A stretch of 64,000 bases of DNA from Alloprevotella sp. (GCA_963588035.1 CAVAFY010000006.1:1975-65974), one strand, 5' to 3'. Shown: positions 10,430 through 20,713, numbered from the stretch's first letter. Notes: a model not told the origin generated them from the sequence alone. Made by a program: numbers and translations.

Positions 10430-10435
10430 TATAAT
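10430..10435 (+). promoter_or_regulatory. candidate -10 box TATAAT, 7 nt upstream of the GTG start at 10443 (leaderless-type arrangement)
   Basis: Sequence is ggcTATAATcaactccGTG. There is no Shine-Dalgarno between the hexamer and the start codon. Confidence 0.4.
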
Positions 10436-10442
10436 CAACTCC

Positions 10443-11420
10443 GTGACCGCAACTACCGGAAATAGCGCCCTTCCCCTAGCCGAATCGCCGCTCAAGGCCG
10501 CATTCTGTTTTGCCCGGAAAGCCGCTGTTTACCTTGCCTGCGCAACTGCTTTTTCCGCCGCAGTGCTTGCGCTTACCGGCTGCGGCGCCGCCGAAGAGGC
10601 CTCGGGCGCGGAATTCACGCCCGCAACCACCATCCAAGAAGCCGCTTTCAACAAGCAGGCTGCCACCGGGACGTCCGGCGCGCTCATAGACACCTCTTCG
10701 GTTGCCGAGGGCTACGTGGCAGCAAGCGCCGCCGGCTCTTCGCGCCTGAAACTGCAGGTTTCCAGCGACGGCGGCAGCGCCAACTACGACCTTCCGCAAG
10801 ACGGAACACCCCTGATTGCCCCGCTCACCTTCGGCGACGGCAACTACGAGTTCCGCGTGATGCAGAACACCTCGGGCAACAACTACGTCGAGCTGTACCG
10901 CACCACTGCAAACGTGCAGATGGAAAGCGAGTTCGCGCCGTTCCTCCGCCCCAACACGTACTGCAATTATTCCGAGGAAAGCGCCTGCGTGGCCAAGGCA
11001 CGCGAACTGGTGGCGGGCGCGCAGAACCAGGGCGAAGCGGTGGAGGCCATCTGCACCTACGTGGTGGAGAACATCTCGTACGACGAGGCGAAGGCCCAGC
11101 AGCTGAAGGAAGCTTCCGGCTACGTGCCCGATCCCGATTCCACCCTTTCCAGCAAAACCGGCATCTGCTTCGACTACGCCAGCTTGGGCGCGGCGATGCT
11201 GCGCAGCCAGGGCATCCCCACCAAAATAGTCACCGGTTACGTTTCGCCCAACAACATCTACCACGCCTGGATCATGGTGTACATCGACGGCATCTGGAAA
11301 AGCGCGCAGTTCAGCGTGCAGAAAGACACCTGGAGCCGCGTTGACCTGACCTTCGCCGCGGGCGGGGGAAACAGCAACGTGGGCGACGGCAAGAGCTATT
11401 CCGACCGCTATACCTACTAA
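10443..11420 (+). CDS. transglutaminase-like cysteine protease-fold lipoprotein
   Basis: Lipobox LALTGC follows a hydrophobic segment. The TGase core Cys-His-Asp context is TGICFDYASLGAAMLRSQGIPTKIVTGY, YHAWIMVYIDG and RVDLT. The start codon is GTG. Confidence 0.8.
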   Translation: MTATTGNSALPLAESPLKAAFCFARKAAVYLACATAFSAAVLALTGCGAAEEASGAEFTPATTIQEAAFNKQAATGTSGALIDTSSVAEGYVAASAAGSSRLKLQVSSDGGSANYDLPQDGTPLIAPLTFGDGNYEFRVMQNTSGNNYVELYRTTANVQMESEFAPFLRPNTYCNYSEESACVAKARELVAGAQNQGEAVEAICTYVVENISYDEAKAQQLKEASGYVPDPDSTLSSKTGICFDYASLGAAMLRSQGIPTKIVTGYVSPNNIYHAWIMVYIDGIWKSAQFSVQKDTWSRVDLTFAAGGGNSNVGDGKSYSDRYTY

Positions 11421-11539
11421 CGCGTCGGGCGAATGTGCCGGACGGAACCTCGCCGAGCCGAACGGGCTTGAAGGCGGCTTAGCCGACCCCGCAAGCACCG
11501 GCCAGGCCGGTAGGCCGGAACCGCCACCGCATCCCTTCC

Positions 11540-14137
11540 CTACAGAATATCCTCGATGAAGCCGACCCGGTAATCGCCGAACACCACGCCATCGCCTTCC
11601 TGGGTGGCGTCCAGGTCCACGTCGGCGCGGATGGCGAAATCGCGGTCGCCGTCGGAATCGCTGAAGGTCTGCTGCACGTGCCAAACATGCTCGGTTTCCT
11701 CGTCCGATTCATCGATGGAGAGGAACGTCATCGAACGCGCATCGGCATCGAGCAGCACATCCTCATGCGCATCGTAGAACGCATCCAGAACGGTGCGCCA
11801 CTTGTGCGCTGGGAAGCCGTTCTCCACATCGGCTTCGCCCAGGGCCTCGGCATCGTCGGCCGCAGCCAGGCGCACGCGGCGGAACAGGGCGTTGCGCACC
11901 AGCACGGTAAGGCCGCGCCGGTCGTGCACCACCGCTTCCTTGGCCGAAGGCGGGCGGGCATCAAGCTCTTGACCAGCCTGTTCCCATTCGTCCACCAAGC
12001 TGGAGTCCACCGAGCGCACCACCAGCCCCAACCAGGCGATGATGTCTTCCATCTCCTCGCTGCGCTTATCGGAGGGCAGGGTGCGGTCCAGCGCGCGGTA
12101 CGCCTCCGAAAGGTAGCGCAGCAGGGCGCCCTCGTAGCGCATGATGCCCAGCTTCTGGATGTAGCCCTTGAAGTCCGCGGCCGATTCCAGCATGTCGCGC
12201 AGCACCGACTTCGGACGCAGGTAGTAGTCGCGCGCCCACGGCACCGATTCGCAGTACTTGCCGAACGCCGCGAACAGCAGCTCGCGCAGGGGGCGCGGGT
12301 AGGTTACCTCGGCGATGCGGTCCAGGCGCTCCTCGTAATCGACGCCTTCTGCCTTCATGGCCGCCATGGCGGCGTCCTTCGCCTTGCGCTCCTGTGCGCG
12401 CAGCACCTGGCGCGGGTCTTCCAGCGTTGATTCCACCATGGATATCACGTCGAGCGTGTAGGTTTCGCTTTCCGGGTCAAGCAGCTCCAACGCCGCCAAC
12501 AAGAACGGCGAAAGCGGCTGGTCAAGCGCGAAATCTTCCGGCAGGTCCATGGTTACGAAGTAGTCGGGCGTGCCGTCTTCCAGTTCCTCGATTTCCACCA
12601 CACCGGCGTCGATAAGGGTCTTGAACACCTCGCCGGCGCGCACCTTCAGCTTCAGCTTCTCTTCCGGGCTCTGCAGTGAGTCGTCGATAAGCTCGTCCAC
12701 GCGGGTGCGGGCATCGCCGCCCTGCTCCACTCCCGCAAGCACCATGGAGTGGGTGATGCGCATGCGCGGGGTTAGCGTTTCGGGCACCGCGGCGATAAGG
12801 CGGTTGAAGGTGTCCTCGTTCCACACCACGAAGCCCTCGGGCGGCTTCTTGCGCTTCACCTTGCGGCGCTTCTTCGGGTCGTCGCCGGCCTTGGCCAGCA
12901 GCTTGGCGTTCTCTATCTCGTGCTCGGGCGCAAGGGAGACCACCATGCCGCTGGTGTCGAACCCACTACGGCCCGCGCGGCCGGCGATCTGGTGGAACTC
13001 GCGGCTCTTCAGGCGGCGCATCTTGTGCCCGTCGAACTTGGTGAGCTGCGTGAGTACCACGGTATGGATAGGCACATTGATGCCCACGCCCAGGGTGTCG
13101 GTGCCGCAGATAACAGGAAGAAGCCCCTGTTGGGCAAGCTTTTCCACCAACAGGCGGTAACGCGGCAGCATGCCCGCATGGTGCACGCCGATGCCGCTGA
13201 GCAGCAAGCGCTTCAGGGTTTTGCCGAACTGCGTGGTGAACTTGCCCTGGCCCAGCGTTGCCTTTATCTGCTCGCGCTGCTCCTTGCTGGTAACGCCGAA
13301 GCTGGAAAGTGCCTGGGCGGAAGCCAGCGCCGCATCCTGCGAGAAGTGGACGATGTAGAGCGGCCCCTCGTCGTTGCGCAAAGCCAGTTCCACCGTGCCC
13401 TCCAGCGACATGAGCTCATATTTGTATTCCAGCGGAACGGGGCGCGGAGCATTGGCGATAACATCGACATCGGTTCCCGTTTTGCCCTTCAAGGCCGAAG
13501 CGATGGCACTCACGTCGCCCAGCGTTGCGCTCATCAGCAGGAACTGCGTGTGCGGAAGCGTGAGCAGCGGCACCTGCCAGGCCCAACCGCGGTCGGGGTC
13601 GGAATAGAAGTGGAACTCGTCCATGGCCACGCAGCCCACGTCCGACCATTCGCCTTCGCGCAGCGCCTGGTTGGCCAGGATCTCAGCCGTGCAGCAGATG
13701 ATGGGAGCACCGGGGTTTATCTGGGAATCGCCCGTGATCATGCCCACGTTTTCGCGCCCCAGCATGTTCACCAGGCCGAAGAACTTCTCACTCACCAGGG
13801 CTTTGATGGGAGCGGTGTAGAACGCGCGCTTGCCCTGGCACAAGGCCGAGAACATCATGCCGATGGCCACCATGCTCTTGCCCGAGCCCGTAGGCGTGCC
13901 CAGGATGACGTGGTTGCCCACCATCAGGCTCATCAGCGCCTCGTCCTGGTGCGGCCACAGCTCCACCTCGCGTTCGGCCAGCCAGTCGTAGAACAGCTCC
14001 AGCGCCTCTTCGGCCGAAAGCTCGGCGGCGCCATCGGTGCGCCACTCGGGAGCCAACGCGCCCAACGAGCCGAAATCGGCAACAGCGCCTTCGGCCTCCT
14101 CGGCAAGCTCTTCGTTCTCGAATTCAACGGAGTCCAC
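11540..14137 (-). CDS. Ski2-like DEAD/DEAH-box helicase with a long C-terminal domain (DUF3516-type, recalled from memory)
   Basis: Walker A is GTPTGSGKS. The DEAH-like box is MDEFH. Other helicase motifs are SATLGD and HHAGMLP..QIAGRAGRSG. GTG start has AAGGGA 7 nt upstream. Confidence 0.85.
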   Translation of the reverse strand: MDSVEFENEELAEEAEGAVADFGSLGALAPEWRTDGAAELSAEEALELFYDWLAEREVELWPHQDEALMSLMVGNHVILGTPTGSGKSMVAIGMMFSALCQGKRAFYTAPIKALVSEKFFGLVNMLGRENVGMITGDSQINPGAPIICCTAEILANQALREGEWSDVGCVAMDEFHFYSDPDRGWAWQVPLLTLPHTQFLLMSATLGDVSAIASALKGKTGTDVDVIANAPRPVPLEYKYELMSLEGTVELALRNDEGPLYIVHFSQDAALASAQALSSFGVTSKEQREQIKATLGQGKFTTQFGKTLKRLLLSGIGVHHAGMLPRYRLLVEKLAQQGLLPVICGTDTLGVGINVPIHTVVLTQLTKFDGHKMRRLKSREFHQIAGRAGRSGFDTSGMVVSLAPEHEIENAKLLAKAGDDPKKRRKVKRKKPPEGFVVWNEDTFNRLIAAVPETLTPRMRITHSMVLAGVEQGGDARTRVDELIDDSLQSPEEKLKLKVRAGEVFKTLIDAGVVEIEELEDGTPDYFVTMDLPEDFALDQPLSPFLLAALELLDPESETYTLDVISMVESTLEDPRQVLRAQERKAKDAAMAAMKAEGVDYEERLDRIAEVTYPRPLRELLFAAFGKYCESVPWARDYYLRPKSVLRDMLESAADFKGYIQKLGIMRYEGALLRYLSEAYRALDRTLPSDKRSEEMEDIIAWLGLVVRSVDSSLVDEWEQAGQELDARPPSAKEAVVHDRRGLTVLVRNALFRRVRLAAADDAEALGEADVENGFPAHKWRTVLDAFYDAHEDVLLDADARSMTFLSIDESDEETEHVWHVQQTFSDSDGDRDFAIRADVDLDATQEGDGVVFGDYRVGFIEDIL

Positions 14138-14384
14138 GTTCGGTTCCCTTCATTGGTTGTTGGTGGTGAGGCCTTGGGACACTGCCCGTCGGACCTGGCC
14201 TTCGCTTCTTCGTTTTTCAAAAGAATGCGAAGGGGCGGCGCGGAAATCAGCTTGACGCATGGTTCGCCTCATCCCGGAATCCAAGATCAAGTACCGGGGG
14301 CGCCGCCTTGAAGGCATTCTCTTGAAAAACGCGCTACGGGACAGGACCGCCAGGCACCGCCCCAAGGCCGACGATAGCGCCTTT

Positions 14385-15056
14385 CTAGGCGAACCTCAGC
14401 ATATCCTTCGGCTCCTGGATCAGCGCATCGGGCTGGCCGGTTTCCAGCTTTTCCAACGGCTGGTAGCCCCAGGTGCAGCCCACGGCGTACATGCCGGCAT
14501 TGTGGGCAGCTTGCAGGTCGCTGGCGGAATCGCCGAAGTACGCGCAGTTGTCGGGTGCAACACCCATCTCTTCAGCGCAGGTCAGGAGCCCGGCCGGGTC
14601 GGGCTTGCGGGGAATGGTGTCCGATTCGCCGTGCGAAACATCGAACAGGCCGGCGAAGAACTTCGCCTCCACATCGCGCACGCCGCCCTCGAACTTGTTG
14701 GACATGATGCCCAGCTTCTTGCCCGCAGCCTTCAGCGCATGCAGCGTTTCGGTCATACCCTCGAACTCGGTGGTAAGCGCCATGCCGAACTCGCCGTAGA
14801 GTGCCTTGAAGTTGCGGAACACGCTTTGCGCCTGCTCTTCGGTTGCCCCCTCGGGCACCGCCAAGCGGGCCAGGGCCAGAACGCCGTTACCCACGTACGA
14901 GAGCACCTCTTCCTGGGTATGGGTGGGGAAGCCCTCCATCTGAAGCGCCTTGTTCACCACCACCGTCAAATCGGGCAGGGTGTTCAGAAGGGTTCCGTCC
15001 ATGTCGAAGATAAAGCCTTCGAACTGGGGCGATGGGGTTTCCTCTTCGATCATCAT
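14385..15056 (-). CDS. HAD-superfamily phosphatase (phosphoglycolate phosphatase/PpaX-like)
   Basis: HAD motif I is FIFDMDGTLLNT. Later motifs are MSNK and YFGDSASDLQAA. I moved the start to the ATGATG at 15056, which has AAGGAG upstream. The track ORF extends to 15227. Confidence 0.85.
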   Translation of the reverse strand: MMIEEETPSPQFEGFIFDMDGTLLNTLPDLTVVVNKALQMEGFPTHTQEEVLSYVGNGVLALARLAVPEGATEEQAQSVFRNFKALYGEFGMALTTEFEGMTETLHALKAAGKKLGIMSNKFEGGVRDVEAKFFAGLFDVSHGESDTIPRKPDPAGLLTCAEEMGVAPDNCAYFGDSASDLQAAHNAGMYAVGCTWGYQPLEKLETGQPDALIQEPKDMLRFA

Positions 15057-15154
15057 CGCAAAGCTCCTTAGCGTCGGCGGGCACAGCCGGCATCGAAGTA
15101 CTGGGCGGGGCGCTGGCTCAATTCGCAGGGCCCGCCCAAACGTCTTCTTCCAGC

Positions 15155-16792
15155 CTACCCCAGCAAGGGCAGGAAGCGCGTCACTTGCATCAGCCACAAC
15201 ACAAGAAGCACGAGAGCGGCCTTCCACAGAACGGAAACCGGACGGCTGAACAGCAGGGCACGCAGGCCGCCGGGGCGCGGTGCCTTCGCGGAACTGGTTG
15301 GGTCTGGGGATTTGGCGGGCTGGAGCTCAGCGGCGCCATTGGCCGCAGAGGTCTCGGCGCCGTTGGCCACGGATACCTCGGCGATGGGCTCGACCCCGTC
15401 ACCGGCCGCTTCGGCGGTCGCCCTACCAACAGGCGCTTCAGCCTTGGCAGCCAATTCTTCCAGCTGGTCGGCGCGAAGCTCCAGGCCGCAGGTGACGTTT
15501 TGCTGCGGGCACACGTCGGCGCAGCCGTTGCACATGATGCACTCGCCCGCCAACAGGCGCCCCTTCGGCTCGATGCTCACCGGGCAGGCATGCTTGCAGG
15601 CGGCACAGTTCTTGCGGCACTTCGGGCGCTGACGGCGCATGCGGCCCGTGGGTAGCGTGGGCATCAGCGAGAACAGGGCACCCAGCGGGCACAGGAACTC
15701 GCAGAAGAAGCGCTCCTTCAGCAGCATGCCCACCACGGCGAGGCCCAGCAGTACCGCGCCTACCGCGGTCACACCGGAAGCGGAGAGGTTGGCCAGCTTG
15801 CCGAACACCGTCCAGGGGCTGTTGTTGTTGACGGTGGTATAGAAGCCCATCAGCACAGCAGCGCAGATTGCCACCAGCACCACGTACTTGATGCCGCGCA
15901 GGGCCAATTCCACCTTGGCGGGCAGGGGCTTGCGGCGGATGCCCAGCTTCTTCGCCAGCGCATCGCCTGCGGCATACACCGCATCGCCCAGAAGGCCGAA
16001 GCTGCATACGTAGCCGCAGAAGAAGCGGCCCAGAACCACGGTAAGCAGCAAAAGCAGCGCCAGGAACACCGTGAACGACATGACCTCGAAGTCGTAGCCG
16101 CGATGCGTGTTCATGACGTTGATCTGCATCAACAGGGTTTTCAGACCCATGAAGCCCGTGGCGAACGAGGAAGGCGCCAGCAGGAAGAACATGCCCTGGA
16201 TGCACCAGCGCTGGCGGCGGGTGAGCTTCGCCTTCTGCGCCCGCGAATCGCTGGCCAGCATCTTACGCGCCAACCATACCGCCAGGCCGAACAGCACCAC
16301 GGCAAGGGCGATCATCGCCGCGCCGAACCATGCGCTGCTGGTGATGGCCACGCTGCCCGATCCGCTCATGGCGTCCTTCACGGCAAAGAGGATGCCGCGG
16401 GAGGAAAACGTCACGCCCGAGATGGTGTCCACGTCGGCCGACTGCTGGCTGATGATGTTGGGAATGAGCTTCTCGGCACGGGCGACGTAGGGCGCATCGT
16501 CGGCATGGGAGACGATACGGACGTCGGTTATCTTGCCGCTGGCCACGGTTACCGCAACGGTGATGGTGCTCTGGTAGCCCTCGCCGCTGCCGTAGTACAC
16601 GCCATCGGAAAGGTCTTTGGCGATCTCGCCCACCTGGGCAGATTCCTGCTGCGAGCTGCTGTTCGACGCACCCTTCGCCTTGGAGTCGGCATATGCCGGC
16701 GCAGCACCGGCCAGCGCCAACGCCAGCGAAAGCAACAGGGCGCAAAGCACGTACGCCCAGCGCGATTGATGTTCCCTTGTTCTGGTTTCCAC
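15155..16792 (-). CDS. membrane FMN-binding-domain / 4Fe-4S ferredoxin-type protein (NosR/NapH-like architecture)
   Basis: Signal/anchor segment, then an FMN_bind-like TISGVTFSSRG. Polytopic region has FFCGYVCSFG and FFCEFLCPLG. Cys clusters are CRKNCAACKHACP and CIMCNGCADVCP. Confidence 0.75.
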   Translation of the reverse strand: METRTREHQSRWAYVLCALLLSLALALAGAAPAYADSKAKGASNSSSQQESAQVGEIAKDLSDGVYYGSGEGYQSTITVAVTVASGKITDVRIVSHADDAPYVARAEKLIPNIISQQSADVDTISGVTFSSRGILFAVKDAMSGSGSVAITSSAWFGAAMIALAVVLFGLAVWLARKMLASDSRAQKAKLTRRQRWCIQGMFFLLAPSSFATGFMGLKTLLMQINVMNTHRGYDFEVMSFTVFLALLLLLTVVLGRFFCGYVCSFGLLGDAVYAAGDALAKKLGIRRKPLPAKVELALRGIKYVVLVAICAAVLMGFYTTVNNNSPWTVFGKLANLSASGVTAVGAVLLGLAVVGMLLKERFFCEFLCPLGALFSLMPTLPTGRMRRQRPKCRKNCAACKHACPVSIEPKGRLLAGECIMCNGCADVCPQQNVTCGLELRADQLEELAAKAEAPVGRATAEAAGDGVEPIAEVSVANGAETSAANGAAELQPAKSPDPTSSAKAPRPGGLRALLFSRPVSVLWKAALVLLVLWLMQVTRFLPLLG

Positions 16793-16824
16793 GGTTTCCT
16801 GCCTCGTCCTTTTCCGAGGGCGCC

Positions 16825-19800
16825 CTACGAAAGGCGGCCCTGGTCTACTACCAATGTGGTGTCGGCGAACGCCGCCGCCGACATGCGATGGCTCACCATC
16901 GCGATGGTCTTGCCTTCCCGGCTCTGCGCCAAGGCGTTCAGCACGGCAACCTCGTTCAGGCAGTCCAGGTTGCTGGTGGGCTCGTCCAGCAGAAGGAACG
17001 GGGCGTCGTACAGGAAGATGCGGGCCAGGCCGATGCGCTGGCGCTCGCCAGCGGAAAGGCCTTCACCGATCTCACCGAGCTGGGTGTCCAACCCCTTGGG
17101 CAGGCGCTCGATGAGGCTGGCAAGCGACGCCTGCTCCACCGCGCGGTTGAGCTCTTCTTCGGTGCAGCCGGGGCGCACGAAGGCGATGTTCTGGCGGATA
17201 GTGCCGCTGAACAGGTGCGTTGTCTGCGTCATGGAGCCTTCCAGGGTGCGCAGGCACGTGGTCTTGATATGGCGCACCTCTTCGCCGGAAACCGTTACCG
17301 CCCCCTGTTGCGCATCCCATACGCGCATGAGCAGCTTCAGGAAGGTGGACTTCCCGGCGCCGCTGGGACCGGCAACGTGCAGGAACGCACCCGGCTCGAT
17401 GCTCACGTTGAAATTGCTGAGCACCTCCTCTTCGCCATAGGCGAAGGTAACGTCCTGGAGCTTCGCGCCCGTGAAGGCCGCAGGCTCGGCACCCTGTTCC
17501 ACATCGAGCGTTTCAGGGCGCTCGTCAAGGAAGTCGAGCACGCGCTCGCCCGACGCAAGCGTCTGGTGCAGCGAAGAGCCCAGGTGCGCCACCGCGCGAA
17601 CCGGGTCGAACGAAACCGAGTAGGCAACCACGCACACCGCGGCGGCCGCACCGACAACTTGACCCTGCGCCGTGAGCGCATAGGCAAGGTAGGCGAACAG
17701 GAAGCAACTTGCCAGGGTAAGGGTGTCGGTCAGGCCCTGGGCAACGGCGCTGCGGCGGGCCATCTTCACCTCTTCGGCGGCAAGCGCGCCCATGCGCCCG
17801 CCCAGCTCGTCGCGGCGCAGGTCGGTGGCGCCGAAGCGCAGTACTTCTGAAAGCCCCATAAGGCTTTCGTACATGAAGCTGCCGAAGCGAACCGAGCGCT
17901 CCTTGGTGCGACGGCCCAGGGTGTCGGTCCAGATGTTCAGCAGGATAGGCAGCAGCACGCCTACCACGGCGAAGCCCGCTGCGGCGGCAAGGCCCAGCCA
18001 TACCTGCTGGGAGCCGATGCCCACCGCAACCGCAGCCGACACGATCAACGCCACCAGCACCGGAGAAATGGTGTGGGCGTAGAACACCTCCAGCAGCTCG
18101 ATATCCGCGGTGAGCAGGGTGATCAGGTCGCCTGTGTCGCGCGCCTCAAGGCGAGCCGGCGCCAGGGTGCGCATATGGCGGAACACCTTGGAGCGGATAA
18201 CCGCCAGGGTTTGGAAGGTCTGGTCGTGCGAAACCAGACGCTCGCCGTAGCGCAGGAAGCCGCGCACCACCCCGCAGAGCAGCACCAACGCCGCCACCAA
18301 CGCGATGTTCCACGTGAAGCAATCCGCCGCAATGCCCAACATGGCCGCGGCGCCCAGCACCACCATCAGTATGGCTGCAGCGAAACCGAACGATGCGAAC
18401 AACGTAGAGGTTCCCACCAGCGGCCACAGCCTGCCGAACAGGCCCAACAGCCCCCACACAACGCGGGGGACCGAGCGCTTCTTCTTCGGGGCAACGGCTG
18501 CGGCAGCCCCAGCGGCGGACTCGCTCGAGCTGGAATCACCCGCCGAGCCGTCGGAACCCTCGGCCTGCACCCCTTCCGCAGAAGCGGTTCCCGACGCCAT
18601 CCCGTCCTGCGAAGAATCGGCGGCATCGATGAGGATGTCGGCTGGATGCCCCGCCGGCATGCCGCTGCCGCCCTCTTCCACCAGCGCGCGGATCTTGGCG
18701 CCCTTCATGTAGGAGCGCGTGGCGGTGGCGATGCTCGGCGGCATCTTCTCCAACGCTTCGGCCATGGCCTCGGGAACATCCACGTCCGCTTCGCCATCGG
18801 CCTTGGAGTGCATGGCGCGCACCTCTTCGGCCTGGCGGGCCAGCGCCTCCATCTGCTCCTGCTGCTGCCAGAGCTTCGCGTAGGCCCCGCCCGCTGCGGC
18901 CAGCTGGCCATGGGCGCCCTGCTCCACGATGCGGCCCTTTTCCATCACCACGATGTTGTCTGCCCAGGCCAACGCGGAAAGGCGATGGGAGATGACAATC
19001 ACGGTCTTCTCGATGGAAAGGCGCTGGATGCAGGCCAGGATGTCGCGTTCGCTGTCGGCGTCCACGTTGGAGGTGGACTCGTCGAATAGGTAGATGGGGG
19101 TATCGCGCAGAAGGGCGCGGGCAATGGCCAGGCGCTGGCGCTGGCCGCCGGAAAGGTTGGCGCCGCCTTCGGCAACGGGGACGTCCAACCCGCCCTGCTT
19201 CAGCACGAAATCGTCCAGGTTGCACTTGCCCAACGCGCTCCACAGCGCGTAGTCGGTTGCGTTGCGGTTGCCCACCAGCAGGTTGGTGCGGATGGTCCCC
19301 TTGAAGATGTAGGCCGAGGCCGATATGTGGGTTACCAGGCCGTGCAGGGAATCGGGGCTGATGTTGCGCAGTTCCACGCCGTTGAAGCGCACGCTGCCCG
19401 TGTAGCCCATCAGCTCGCCCGAAAGCAGCTTCGCCAGGGTGGATTTGCCCGAGCCGCTTTCGCCGGTGATGCCCACGAAGGTGTTCTCCTCCACCTTCAG
19501 GCTGATGTCGGCCAGCGCGCTGCCCTCGCCGTACGAATACGAAAGCCCCTCGCAGACAATCTCCACCTCGTCCGCTTCCACGGTTTCGGTTCCTTGGTTC
19601 AAGTCGGGAAGCTGCAGCAGGCTGAACATCTGGTCCAACACCGGCGCGGCGCCCATGGCGGTGTGGAAGTACGAGCCCAGGATGCGCATGGGCAGGAAGA
19701 ACTCGACGGCAAGCAGCGCCACGGAAACCGCGGCCGCAAGGGAGATCTCGTCCGCGGCAAGCTGGAACAGCGCGATGACGATGCCCACCGCAGCGCCGCC

Positions 19801-20553
19801 GAAGGTGAAGAAGTCCATGACGGTGATGGAGTTCAGCTGCATGCGCAGAAGGCGCATGGTGGAGGCGCGGAAGTCCTCGGCCTCTTCGTCCATCTGCCGC
19901 TGCTTCTCCTCGTCGGCTTGGAACAGCTTCAGCGTGGTAAGCGCGCTGATGGACTCGTAGAAGGTTTGCCCCAGGTCGGAATAGGAATCCCAGTAGGCGC
20001 CCATCACGCGGCGGGCCACCTTCATGATGGCCACGATGGCGATGGGGATCAGCGGCACGCACACCAGCAACACCACAGCCGCCGGCACGTCGATGAACAG
20101 GAACAGCACGAACAGGGTAAGGGGCGCCAGCACCGCGTAGAACAGCTGCGGCAAATACTGGCCCAGGTACACTTCCAGCTTCTCGGCTCCCTCGCCGCAG
20201 ATCTGCACCGCCTGCGTGGTGGAAACCTGCTCCTTATAGGAAGAGCCCAGAGCCACCAGCTTGTCATAGACCTGCTCGCGAACCGCGGCCTTGCCCACCG
20301 CCGACGCCTTCGATCCCGCATACTGCGAAACCGAGACGAACGCGAAGCGCAGCACCATGGCCGCCGCCGAGACCGCCGCCCACTGCCCAACCGCCGCGGC
20401 GCCCAGGTTGCCCAGCGCCATGGCGGACAGGAACGAGGCAAGGGCCAGCATGGCCACCGCGTAGCAGATGAGCGCAGCCCAGTTGCCCGCCACGGCAAGC
20501 ACCAGGTATTTGCGCGCCTCGGGTATCAGCTTCAGCAATCGCTTGTCGAACAT
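16825..20553 (-). CDS. fused thiol-reductant ABC exporter CydD-CydC (two TMD-NBD halves in one polypeptide)
   Basis: First half resembles E. coli CydD (YLPQLFYAVLAPL..PLIPI..FRASTMRLLRMQ) with Walker A GESGSGKST and LSGGQRQR. Second half is CydC-like (RYGERLVSHDQTFQTLAVIR) with GPSGAGKST and LSAGERQR. Start set at ATG 20553 (MFDKRLL), which has AAGGAGG upstream. Confidence 0.85.
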   Translation of the reverse strand: MFDKRLLKLIPEARKYLVLAVAGNWAALICYAVAMLALASFLSAMALGNLGAAAVGQWAAVSAAAMVLRFAFVSVSQYAGSKASAVGKAAVREQVYDKLVALGSSYKEQVSTTQAVQICGEGAEKLEVYLGQYLPQLFYAVLAPLTLFVLFLFIDVPAAVVLLVCVPLIPIAIVAIMKVARRVMGAYWDSYSDLGQTFYESISALTTLKLFQADEEKQRQMDEEAEDFRASTMRLLRMQLNSITVMDFFTFGGAAVGIVIALFQLAADEISLAAAVSVALLAVEFFLPMRILGSYFHTAMGAAPVLDQMFSLLQLPDLNQGTETVEADEVEIVCEGLSYSYGEGSALADISLKVEENTFVGITGESGSGKSTLAKLLSGELMGYTGSVRFNGVELRNISPDSLHGLVTHISASAYIFKGTIRTNLLVGNRNATDYALWSALGKCNLDDFVLKQGGLDVPVAEGGANLSGGQRQRLAIARALLRDTPIYLFDESTSNVDADSERDILACIQRLSIEKTVIVISHRLSALAWADNIVVMEKGRIVEQGAHGQLAAAGGAYAKLWQQQEQMEALARQAEEVRAMHSKADGEADVDVPEAMAEALEKMPPSIATATRSYMKGAKIRALVEEGGSGMPAGHPADILIDAADSSQDGMASGTASAEGVQAEGSDGSAGDSSSSESAAGAAAAVAPKKKRSVPRVVWGLLGLFGRLWPLVGTSTLFASFGFAAAILMVVLGAAAMLGIAADCFTWNIALVAALVLLCGVVRGFLRYGERLVSHDQTFQTLAVIRSKVFRHMRTLAPARLEARDTGDLITLLTADIELLEVFYAHTISPVLVALIVSAAVAVGIGSQQVWLGLAAAAGFAVVGVLLPILLNIWTDTLGRRTKERSVRFGSFMYESLMGLSEVLRFGATDLRRDELGGRMGALAAEEVKMARRSAVAQGLTDTLTLASCFLFAYLAYALTAQGQVVGAAAAVCVVAYSVSFDPVRAVAHLGSSLHQTLASGERVLDFLDERPETLDVEQGAEPAAFTGAKLQDVTFAYGEEEVLSNFNVSIEPGAFLHVAGPSGAGKSTFLKLLMRVWDAQQGAVTVSGEEVRHIKTTCLRTLEGSMTQTTHLFSGTIRQNIAFVRPGCTEEELNRAVEQASLASLIERLPKGLDTQLGEIGEGLSAGERQRIGLARIFLYDAPFLLLDEPTSNLDCLNEVAVLNALAQSREGKTIAMVSHRMSAAAFADTTLVVDQGRLS

Positions 20554-20713
20554 AGTGGCCTCCTTGGAGTGCGTACTCTTCAGAACGTCTTGGGGTAGCG
20601 CGAGCCCTCGCACCACCCCAAGACCTTCTGCCTTCCGGGCGAGCGCACCATGCATCCACGCAGCTCAATCACGTGTTCGCCCGGTGCAATCCGCCCAGCA
20701 ATTCGCCCGGCTT

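Noticed and set aside
9921-10442. Possible c-di-GMP or other riboswitch in the adhesin leader
   Set aside because: I could not recognise conserved riboswitch cores by eye. It needs a covariance-model search.
14385-15227. N-terminal extensions of track ORFs (also 16825-20655, 22284-23564, 30838-31701, 35236-36399, 37206-38639, 38485-39750, 39865-43872, 49146-50177, 50176-51264, 54863-55465 and 57178-57927)
   Set aside because: An internal ATG or GTG preceded by an AGGAGG-type site, or by a -10 hexamer, coincides with the start of family homology. The extensions are junk-like or overlap the upstream gene.
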